DNA of 63,999 bases, filler included, from Octopus bimaculoides (taxonomy: Eukaryota), in assembly GCF_001194135.2 (NCBI RefSeq). It is 6 parts of 5 records of this genome, joined end to end, with 100 filler letters (N's around TTAATTAATTAA, not from the genome) between each part and the next. Parts side by side here need not be neighbours in the genome. Positions count along the whole stretch, not along the records: positions 49,326 to 61,122 come from NC_068981.1; positions 61,223 to 62,878 come from NW_026334146.1; positions 62,979 to 63,999 come from NW_026436965.1; 3 more parts are not named here. One strand, written 5' to 3'. Below, in pieces: positions 55,249 to 63,999 of this stretch (its first letter is position 1; the number at the start of each line of letters is the position of its first letter). A program made the position numbers and the translations under genes. Under the pieces are notes generated by a model, which was not told the DNA's origin, did no database searches, and saw nothing but the letters and a program-made list of their open reading frames with translations.

Positions 55249-55865
55249 GTTGCAAAAACAGTTTGAGTCTTTGTACTAAACTTCTATTATGTTCTAGGTG
55301 TGTTTCATAAGATTCTTTGGTGCTTATTTATCTTCTCAATTTTGCATCATGTCAAATAACATTTGGAATTCTGAATTCATTACTTAGTACTTAACATGCA
55401 AATTATGGCGGTATTCCTTATCAAACTCAGAGAAAATAATCTGTAGCATGTGGAATTTGAGATTTTTCATAGGTTTTTAGCCCTCTTGAACTATTGCTAT
55501 CATAACACGTGAAGCAAATTGAAGATGATTTTTCGTGTATTTCTTCGATTCTAGTCTCAGTTCGTTCGTATCAGAGGTGAATATATACTGTGTCGTGCTA
55601 GTGAGGTAATAGCTTTAAAGTTATACCTGGATTAAATGAGACGCTTTTCATATGCCTGTTTCATAGTCACAGAGACGAGGTCAAACTGTATAAGCGGTGA
55701 TAGTGTTAACTCAAAAGTGCTTTTCCTTCCAGTGTGGAGCAGGAAAATTGCTTCACTAAATTTAACTGCATATTTTTAGGGTTAAGTGCATTTATCAGTG
55801 TTCAGCTGGCCATGTAGTCAGTGAGTGGAGGAGATTTATAGTCTATATCCAAGTCAGAGAAAGAA

Positions 55866-55915
55866 AATATGAACAGAAAAAAAGGACACGTTATGTATTG
55901 AAATGCATTTTTATT
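55866..55915 (-). terminator. Candidate polyadenylation site
   Basis: Minus strand AATAAA (55910-55915), CA about 15-20 nt later, then a GU/U-rich element gtgtcctttttttctgtt. It lies 1.7 kb past the IL-17-like stop. Confidence 0.3.
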
Positions 55916-56127
55916 GATTTTAGAATCCAATTCTTTATAATACAATAAATATATGATACAAATTAACATATATATGTCTTATGTCTTGAATTATGGAACA
56001 GCAACAGAAAAATATATTTAAACACTTTTACACTCATTCTAGGGATGATAAATATAATTTTAAATATATACATTGAAAAATTTAAATAATATATTTTCTA
56101 GAAGTATCATTTCTTCAGTTACCGTGA

Positions 56128-56185
<58 letters not shown>

Positions 56186-56827
56186 CACACAAATATATGC
56201 GTATGTGTGGAGCATCTGTTTGTCAACAAATACACATGAACAAAAAAGGACACTCACACCTACATACGCTCACACGCATATAAGAAATTATGTTAAAATA
56301 TATACAAATATACACATATATATAGTGTGATTCAAAATTATATAACAGTTAAAATTAAATATTTATGTAAATATTACATAAACGTTATTATTAGTGAGAA
56401 TGTACTGGTGGACTGAGTACTAGTGGACTGAGTACTAGTGTTTAAGTAACTATATGATATGTATATGGATTCAGAGAATCTTGCGTCTATCACAGTGATC
56501 TTCCCTTATCGACTCGTCTATCATTTCACGTGATCATCAATTACAAGGTAGTGTTATGCCAATTATTTGTGGACGCTAGCTTCTCTATTTGAATCAATTT
56601 GTGAATATAAAATTGTTTTGTATAAGGATGAGCAATAATTTGAACGAAAACATGCAAGTATAAATCGTTGCATAGTGAAATTAATACATGAAGAAATTTG
56701 TGAAATGGCTGTAATCCTACAAAAGTCAGGAACAAGAAAAAGCTCCCTAACTTTATACATTTCTCTCTCTCTGTCTCTCACTTTCTCTCTCTTTGTGTAT
56801 AACTATATCTATCTATCTATCTATCTA

Positions 56828-56876
<49 letters not shown>

Positions 56877-57626
56877 NNNNNNNNNNNNNNNNNNNNNNNN
56901 NNNNNNNNNNNNNNTATATATATATATATATATGTAAACATATTCACAACCATTTATCGGTTTCAAATATTTATATAAAAAGAAGCTTCATATAGGTTTA
57001 GGTAAATAAAAAAGGAAATTTTAATGATGAGTTAAATATGTTAGTAAGTAAGATAAGAGTTCCCTTCAGTGTTTACAAAATAGAAAAAAATCAAAAACAA
57101 TATTATTTGCAAGAAATATGACTCATTTACGAGACAACATTTAGGAAACAAAACTGTTTTTTGCCAATGTATGTATGTATGTATGTATGTATGCATGTAT
57201 GTATGTACGTACGTACGTATGCATGTATGTATGTATGTATGTATGTATGTATGTATGCATGTATGCAGTTTCAAATATATACTTATATACATATAAATAT
57301 ATGCATATTTAAATGTACATATATATTTGTATTTGTATGATATAAGTGTGTGTGTGAGTGTGTGTTTGAGTGTGTGTGCATGTTTGTGTTTGTCACCATG
57401 TGTGTGAGTCTGTGTTTGTGTGTATGTATACTCAGAAAGAGAGAGATAGAAATTGATAGCGAGAAAGATAGAAATACCGTGAGAGCACGCTTTTATGATT
57501 TTTCGTGTGTGCATGTTTCGTATGTGTTTCTTATAACAACCACACAGTGGTTTACTGAAACTTCCATAACATTATGAAAAACTTCTGTGTTACACACAAT
57601 TGAATGTCTGATGATTTTGGCCGATA

Positions 57627-58007
57627 TTACGACTCATATTCGTCGTCATCTCCTCCGGGTATTACATCGATTTTACGTGCACACACACAGGCTGTGGCTA
57701 CATGGATGACACTTGGTTTATAAACGTACAGTCCATCAACACATGTAGCTGTACGTTTCAGGACAGTCATTGCAGTATACACCATCACGCATTGGTGGTT
57801 ACTGTCAGAGTCCAGACAGTCTGTACAGCGACACACGACTTCAGTGAGCGATGGAGGAAAATATGTCGAATTGTGGGTAATTTTCAGGTACCATGGGCAG
57901 GTTGAACGTTCGCGAATGATATCAGTAGATACAGAAGATGTTGGGCAAGTTTTATCCCCTTCGGTCAGTTCTTGTTGGTCACTTCCTGCTGGAGCTATTT
58001 CAGCTGG
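57627..58007 (-). CDS. IL17-like: Interleukin-17-like cytokine, C-terminal 126 codons (N-terminus missing in gap 58009-58427 or upstream exons)
   Basis: RERSTCPW...FPPSLTEVVCRCTDC...HQC...VLKRTATC...YVYKPSVIHVATACVCA matches the IL-17 RSxCPW / CxCxxC / VL(K/R)R / CxC cystine-knot pattern; open frame to TAA at 57627. Confidence 0.9.
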   Translation of the reverse strand, partial: PAEIAPAGSDQQELTEGDKTCPTSSVSTDIIRERSTCPWYLKITHNSTYFPPSLTEVVCRCTDCLDSDSNHQCVMVYTAMTVLKRTATCVDGLYVYKPSVIHVATACVCARKIDVIPGGDDDEYES

Positions 58008-58427
58008 TNNNNNNNNNNNNNNNNNNNNNNNNNNNNNNNNNNNNNNNNNNNNNNNNNNNNNNNNNNNNNNNNNNNNNNNNNNNNNNNNNNNNNNNNNNNN
58101 NNNNNNNNNNNNNNNNNNNNNNNNNNNNNNNNNNNNNNNNNNNNNNNNNNNNNNNNNNNNNNNNNNNNNNNNNNNNNNNNNNNNNNNNNNNNNNNNNNNN
58201 NNNNNNNNNNNNNNNNNNNNNNNNNNNNNNNNNNNNNNNNNNNNNNNNNNNNNNNNNNNNNNNNNNNNNNNNNNNNNNNNNNNNNNNNNNNNNNNNNNNN
58301 NNNNNNNNNNNNNNNNNNNNNNNNNNNNNNNNNNNNNNNNNNNNNNNNNNNNNNNNNNNNNNNNNNNNNNNNNNNNNNNNNNNNNNNNNNNNNNNNNNNN
58401 NNNNNNNNNNNNNNNNNNNNNNNNNNN

Positions 58428-58428
58428 N

Positions 58429-58472
<44 letters not shown>

Positions 58473-58517
58473 GTTGTTGTTGTTGTTGTTGTTGTTCTTC
58501 TTCTTCTTCTTCTTCTT

Positions 58518-58600
<83 letters not shown>
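58428..58600. repeat. Compound (TTA)n(TTG)n(TTC)n(TTA)n microsatellite
   Basis: Direct reading. Confidence 0.95.
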
Positions 58601-58602
<2 letters not shown>

Positions 58603-58820
58603 TCACTGCCTGGAATCGAACTCAGAATCATGGGAAAAAATACTTTAGGAATGAGGACTCATGTTCGAAATTTCCCCAAGACACCTGATGAAGGCTGGGT
58701 GGTATATCAACCGAAACGCTGTGTTAACAACAAACAAGATGGGGACAAATATCCGTCAAATGTTAATAATATAAATAACGTACATAATTCCTCATCTCTT
58801 AAATATAGAACCATTAACCA
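58590..58820. mobile_element. Inverted tRNA-like segment joined to a PLE terminal repeat
   Basis: ttattcaggtcactgcctggaatcgaactc is the reverse complement of 52140-52170; the following plus-strand repeat shares the tail seen at 52255-52288. Confidence 0.7.
58680..58725 (+). ncRNA. Minimal type I hammerhead ribozyme (probably inactivated)
   Basis: GACAC-CTGATGA-A-GGCTG...CAACC-GAA-ACGC-T-GTGTT. Stem I is 5 bp; stem II has one mismatch; stem III is ACGC rather than palindromic ACGT. Confidence 0.6.
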
Positions 58821-60016
58821 TTCTTCGCCTTCTTAACTCCTTTTTACTTTATAGATTTTTCCGGTGTATTACTCATCTTGCATGATTTTATTAAAAGGAT
58901 GTAATCCCTTGACTTCATATATACATATGCAAAATAACCTCAAACTAAAATAAAGTCAGCTTGGCAATCTACTACTTAAAAATACTACCCTGCTCTTATT
59001 CTTTTTCATACACACCCGTTCAATCTTTTTCCAAACTCCTCTAAACTCTTACTACCCACTTCCCTTTTAGCCTCGCCATCTTCCCCACTTTCAACTACCT
59101 TTGTATTTCTCCTCCTAGCGAAAAGTACATTGCACTACCCCTACTCCTCTGAAAACTAACCAATCTACATATTCACGTCCCTCTCTTCAATGTCATTCTT
59201 CTCTCCATACCATAACACTCTCCTCTAATACTAAGTTCCTTTGACCCCAGAACAGCTGCAATATTGACCAACTACTCACCAGTACTCATTCCCACCTCTA
59301 TCCTACCTCATACCTATCTACATGCGTTACTAAAAACCGTCAGGCACTGAGCTAGTCAACTTATTTCCCTCAAATAATGGGCATTCAGATTTTCACAATC
59401 TCAATTTTTAACTCTATAACCTTCGTATAAAATGACAAGGCTTACCATTCACATACTACATAAAAAGTCGTTCTCTTTTCTTCCTTCTTTCCACCTCTAC
59501 GACTATTGCTCACTAATATTCTCGTTATTAAATTCTAACCTTGAAATTTACCTCTCCCACTACTCTCTAACTAAATAAATACCTCACAACTCCTCCTAAC
59601 ACACTTAGTTCTCCAGAAAATCATTCTGTCCTGAATCTCCTTTCTGTCATCGCCTAAAATCTAAGAGTACATACTGAAGAGGGAGGCTGGTATTATCCGA
59701 CGATTTAATCAATTTACAATCATTATTTTAGACAACGCGTCCGCCAGAAACAGCAGTTGGTCTCGTAAATCTCTTATTCAACCGCTTTAATTGCTAATAT
59801 CATTTCTATTCTGTGTAAGTCGGGCCTTTTTTTTATGTAAATTTATATACATTATTTGTATTAAATGTATAAAATTTTTTTTTTTTATATCGACATGACT
59901 AATTTGCTTATCCTTATATTTAGAGCTCTGTGTGCTCAAAGATAAACCTCTTGAGCACTCCGAAGTGTGAACTATGCGGAGAATATGTGATTCTCATCTA
60001 TAAACTATATAAGTAT

Positions 60017-60180
60017 ATAGCTCAGTGGTTAGAGCATCGGGCTCACAATACTGAGGTCGTAAGTTCGATTTCCGGGTCCGGCTGTGGGTTGCGTTCTTGT
60101 GCAAAACACAGTATTTGATGTTGCTCCAATACCCTCAGTTGTAGAAATGAGGTGCGATGTCACTGATGTCAAGCGGTGTG
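60017..60180 (+). mobile_element. tRNA-derived SINE, family D
   Basis: tagctcagtggttagagcatcgggctcacaat...gttcgatttcc (A and B boxes, CAC anticodon-like loop), no acceptor stem, followed by a SINE-like body. Confidence 0.6.
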
Positions 60181-60744
60181 GGCATTTCCCTTTCTCTTGT
60201 AAACCATCGATGGCATGGTGATGGGAAGCTGGTATGCACTGAGAGGATTTATTCCTCAGTGAAGAATCTTATTGGAAAGATTCCCATGGAAAGTGAGGAC
60301 CGAAGTGGTCAATATCTAACTAAAGAGATTGAAAAATAAGCACACAGATTATGCGCTTCGTATTGTTCTGTTTTAATGTTCTGTAAAGCATTCGCACAAA
60401 TTCTACTGTATCACCTGCTAAATTTGCGCTCTCACATACTCAACTGCAATTTTAGATAAATTAGAAGTGGGAACAAAGAATTACATGTGTATACTAAATG
60501 TATAAAAATATACGAGATCACTTATATATATGTGTGTATGAAAGTAAAGAATTAGATCAATTATACTAAAGCCTTGAAAATAGGTCTCAGATGTATAATA
60601 ATAATCAGAGTAAGGTACTTCAGCAAAATGATTCACTCGTTTGAACAAAGGTAAATATTACCATGAATAATACAAGAGTGAACATAGAAACGAGACTAAA
60701 GATATAAATGTAACAGTTAATTTTAACAATGTATGTGTACTTAC

Positions 60745-60759
60745 GTTGGTGGTATTCAT
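60745..60759 (-). CDS. Candidate first coding exon (MNTTN) of the IL-17-like gene
   Basis: Minus strand ATG AAT ACC ACC AAC|GTAAGT, a perfect donor, about 135 nt downstream of a TATA-like box and on the same assembly piece and strand as the IL-17 segment. Confidence 0.4.
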
Positions 60760-60891
60760 TATAATGGTTGGTCACTTGGAATCGAAAAATGACAGTATTA
60801 TTATATGTGTATATATTATCAAAGAAAGCTTGTGCCTGTTAGCTCTTTAAAATAATATTAGCTTGTGATGATATCAGCTACTCTGAGATTA

Positions 60892-60924
60892 CTTATATAT
60901 AATATTTGACGCAGTGGAATTACC
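60892..60924 (-). promoter_or_regulatory. Candidate promoter: TATA-like, CRE/AP-1-like and NF-kB-like motifs
   Basis: TATATATAAG (minus, 60892-60901), TGACGCA (60907-60913) and TGGAATTACC (60915-60924) packed within 33 bp. Short motifs arise readily in AT-rich DNA. Confidence 0.35.
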
Positions 60925-61222
60925 ATATGTCATAAAGCTTCCAAAACTAAAGAAATTATAAATATAAACAGGAGGAACTAACTAAAATTACAGAAACATT
61001 CTCTTCCGGTGAAGTGAAGGATTTTCTATTATGAACAAATTAATCATGACTTACATGACTTGGCGAATACATGAAGTAACCAGGACATAACTTATTTGTT
61101 TCCTGTTTTACCTGTTAATCGGNNNNNNNNNNNNNNNNNNNNNNNNNNNNNNNNNNNNNNNNNNNNTTAATTAATTAANNNNNNNNNNNNNNNNNNNNNN
61201 NNNNNNNNNNNNNNNNNNNNNN

Positions 61223-61849
61223 CATAAAACAAATTTACAACCTAATAAAAACAAAAATGATAATTCACAAATAATAAACATATCCAATTCAGTAATATAC
61301 AATACCACAATAAACTCAATAGGTGAATCACACACCACAAACATTCACAATAATAACAAAGACGATTCACCAAAACAGAAATATAATAATAGAAACAAAA
61401 ACTATAATTGCTCTTGTAAAAATAAGGAATTATGCCCGTTAAAGGGCAATTGTAAACGATCCAACGTAATATACAAATGCATAGTTACATCAAATAATAA
61501 TTCACACAACATGGTATATATAGGGAGTTCGATTAATTTTAAGCACAGATTTTTAGCACACATACATTCTTTTAAACCAAATATAACTACTAATACCACA
61601 TCATTAGCTACATATATACATAAACTCATGAAAAATAAAATCAACTATACACTAGAATGGTCAATAATAGACTCAGCCACACCATACAAACATTAATCTA
61701 ATAATTACCGTCTTTGTACAAAAGAGTCATTACATATATTACTATATAAATACGACAATCTAATAAATAGTCAATCAGATGCTTTTACGACATGTAGACA
61801 TAAGTTCTATAAAACCTTTAAATACTATGGAAGATCAAATAAAAATTGA
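61223..61849 (+). mobile_element. Penelope-like element C-terminal GIY-YIG endonuclease (one in-frame TAA at 61694)
   Basis: NCSCKNKELCPLKGNC...VIYKC...MVYIGSS..FKHRF..H..SF...TSLATYIH...LEWSII...PYKH*..YRLCTKE...TCRHK. Confidence 0.85.
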
Positions 61850-62563
61850 ATTTAGTACATATATACACTTGAGCATAGGTATTGATGTGGAAATATATTA
61901 GAGAAAGTATATATACATATATATATCTGTGTATATGTGCGTGTAAATACATATATATATGTGCGAACACAGACTTTTTCCTTTCTCTTCTCTTTTCCCC
62001 TTTTTTGAATACCAAAATAAAGAGATAATTCTACAAAAATCGTTAGACAAATTATTTTGAATGATCCTCCACTTATACATATATACACATATGAAATAAA
62101 ATAGACATAATTAAAATTGAACAAATATTCCTAGAATTTGAACCCAGAAACCCACCAGTTATAACCTATAATAACTTACAATTAAATTAATTCAAATTTA
62201 AATTTAAAATTAAAATGGAATCTACCAACCTCTCACACATAATAAAAACCTATATATGCTTTATTTACTTACTCAGTATTTTTTGAATATATTTACATTT
62301 GAACTATGAACAATATGAACATGCTTTCAACCATTATGGACGAATACAAACAATTCACCAAAGGACCAATATATGGATGTAAAATTTTCATACCAATGTC
62401 ATGGATTTAGAATTTTTTACCAACTCACCAACCTCAAAAAAAATTTTTTTCACCAATTTACCAACTTCAAAGACAGCAATTTTAAATACATTACCTTTTT
62501 ATATAGACTATATTATTAATATTATTTTTAAAAAAATATACATACAAAAACATATTACAAAAA

Positions 62564-62666
62564 TAATTACATCTCTGATGAACAGAAATATTACCTATAT
62601 ATAATAATCCATTTAGGATATTATTACAGCAACAATATTTTTGCGAAACGAACGTAAGATAATTTT
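62564..62666 (+). ncRNA. Type I hammerhead ribozyme with extended stem II
   Basis: ATCT-CTGATGA-A-CAGAAATATT...AATATTTTTG-C-GAA-ACG(aa)CGT-A-AGAT. All core nucleotides are present, with a GUA cleavage triplet, a 10-bp stem II helix and an inner hairpin. Confidence 0.75.
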
Positions 62667-62978
62667 AGACTGCCAACATACACATATATGCACTCACACA
62701 TACATATTTTTATATTTAAACTTATATTTATTATTATATTTTTACAACTATTTTTTTATATATATAATATAATATTCTCTACATTTTTATAACTTAAGGC
62801 AAAAAGTATGCGATATAAAAGATATATATCCTTTTGAAAGCTTTGAATATTGATTTCCTAACTCCAACATATCTACATNNNNNNNNNNNNNNNNNNNNNN
62901 NNNNNNNNNNNNNNNNNNNNNNTTAATTAATTAANNNNNNNNNNNNNNNNNNNNNNNNNNNNNNNNNNNNNNNNNNNN

Positions 62979-63027
62979 TGATCCTATGACCGCGAGTCTG
63001 CTGCTCTAACCACTGGGCCATTGCGCC
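62979..63027 (-). mobile_element. SINE family C head fragment
   Basis: gatcctatgaccgcgagtc...aaccactgggccattgcgcc matches 34116-34165. Confidence 0.8.
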
Positions 63028-63564
63028 TATATATACACATACAAATATTCATATAAACTATATTAACAAATGCACACACATGCAAACACGCATACATATA
63101 TGTATATAACTACTTCAATATAGTTCATGTCATCAAAATGATAATGTAAATCTGTACAATTGTAAGAGAAAGTAAAATGGGAAGTTGTGACAAGCATTCA
63201 TTGTTCTTTGAGAGCTTTAGTGTAGTCTAAACAAAAGCAATTCTAAGAAATAAAATGGTTTCAAATTTTCGCACAAGGCCCGCAATTTTAGATTTGGGAC
63301 TAGTCGCTTACATTGAACCTATTGCTTAACTAGTATCTATTTTATCAATCCACAATAGGATGAAAGGAAAAAGTCAACCCTAATGTCATTTGACCTCAGA
63401 ACGTAAAGGGCCACAAGAAATGCCACAAAGCATTTTGTCCAAAGTGGTAATGGTTCCGCCAGCTCAACGCATCAATAATAATAATAATCCTTTCTACTAT
63501 AGGCACAAGGCCTGAAATTTGGGAGAGGGTATAGTCGATTACATTGATCCCAGTACTCAAGGGA

Positions 63565-63865
63565 TGATTTTTTAAAATGAGAATATCTGAAATAAACTCC
63601 ACTGCTCTCATAAACGAGAATACTAAAAATGAACCTGACCGCTCTCAAAAATTAAGTAAAAAAAACAGGAAAAATAATCTTGAATCCTTGTCCAGTACCG
63701 GATCAGTCCTAAAATCTAATCAGTTCGTGCTAGTTATGAGGTCAAACATCCCTGAAAGTTTCATCTGAATACATCCAGCGGTTTTTGAGATATCTTGTCC
63801 ACAGACAAACAAACAAATGTGACTGAAAACAATACCTCCACCTTCGCTAATGCAGAGGTAATAAT
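63565..63865 (-). mobile_element. HINE/DINE-1-like non-autonomous Helentron-associated element
   Basis: Minus strand ttattacctctgc...ggaggtattgttttc, (TTTG)n/ctgt core, then aagatatctcaaaaaccgctggatgtattcagatgaaacttt; tacctc...gaggta sub-terminal inverted repeat. Confidence 0.55.
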
Positions 63866-63999
63866 AATAATAGTAATAATATCATCTTTCCTTTTTCCCC
63901 TTTATTTTCTGGGTTTTTTTCTTTTTTCTATTTTTTCTTTTTGTCCTTCTTTCCTTTTTCTCACTGTCTTTCTTCCCCTTCTGTTTTTTTTTGTTTTTT

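Noticed and set aside
58008-58631. N-terminal part (MILSSIPGSDLNNN...KKK) of ORF 57627..58631 as the IL-17 start
   Set aside because: It is the tRNA-like repeat plus compound microsatellite read through a gap; there is no signal peptide.
60620-60685. Signal-peptide-like MFTLVLFMVIFTFVQTSESFC* just downstream of the candidate first exon
   Set aside because: It closes after 21 codons and is out of phase with MNTTN via the nearest AG; T-rich intron DNA often translates as hydrophobic. A GTGAAT donor within it means RNA data could revive it.
61694-61696. In-frame stop in the PLE ORF as a selenocysteine codon
   Set aside because: The codon is TAA, not TGA, and a nearby conserved Cys appears mutated to Tyr; ordinary decay.

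Overview
Repeat-saturated, AT-rich, gappy animal genomic DNA. The tRNA-derived SINE families, extreme microsatellite load and invertebrate-type IL-17 suggest a cephalopod, probably Octopus (inference). Five artificial N44-TTAATTAATTAA-N44 linkers (two with 20 extra N) show the window is six joined pieces, so adjacency across them is unproven. One host gene is supported: a minus-strand interleukin-17-like cytokine whose cystine-knot coding segment is 57627-58007 and whose N-terminus is lost in a gap. A candidate 5-codon first exon with TATA/CRE/kB-like promoter lies at about 60745-60925. Everything else recognisable is mobile or repetitive: L1/Tx1-type ORF1 and ORF2 relics; a nest of restriction-like-endonuclease (R4/Dong-type) LINE 3' ends at (AAT)n; three Penelope-like elements (PLEs); four tRNA-derived SINE families; MITEs; Helentron-associated (HINE/DINE-1-like) elements. 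The most notable unannotated structure is a set of PLE-associated type I hammerhead ribozyme folds (best at 62564-62666), a tRNA-promoter/(AAT)n/pLTR module, and three long inverted-repeat structures. No CRISPR array, rRNA or intact tRNA gene was found. Repeat boundaries were read by eye and are approximate unless a motif is quoted.
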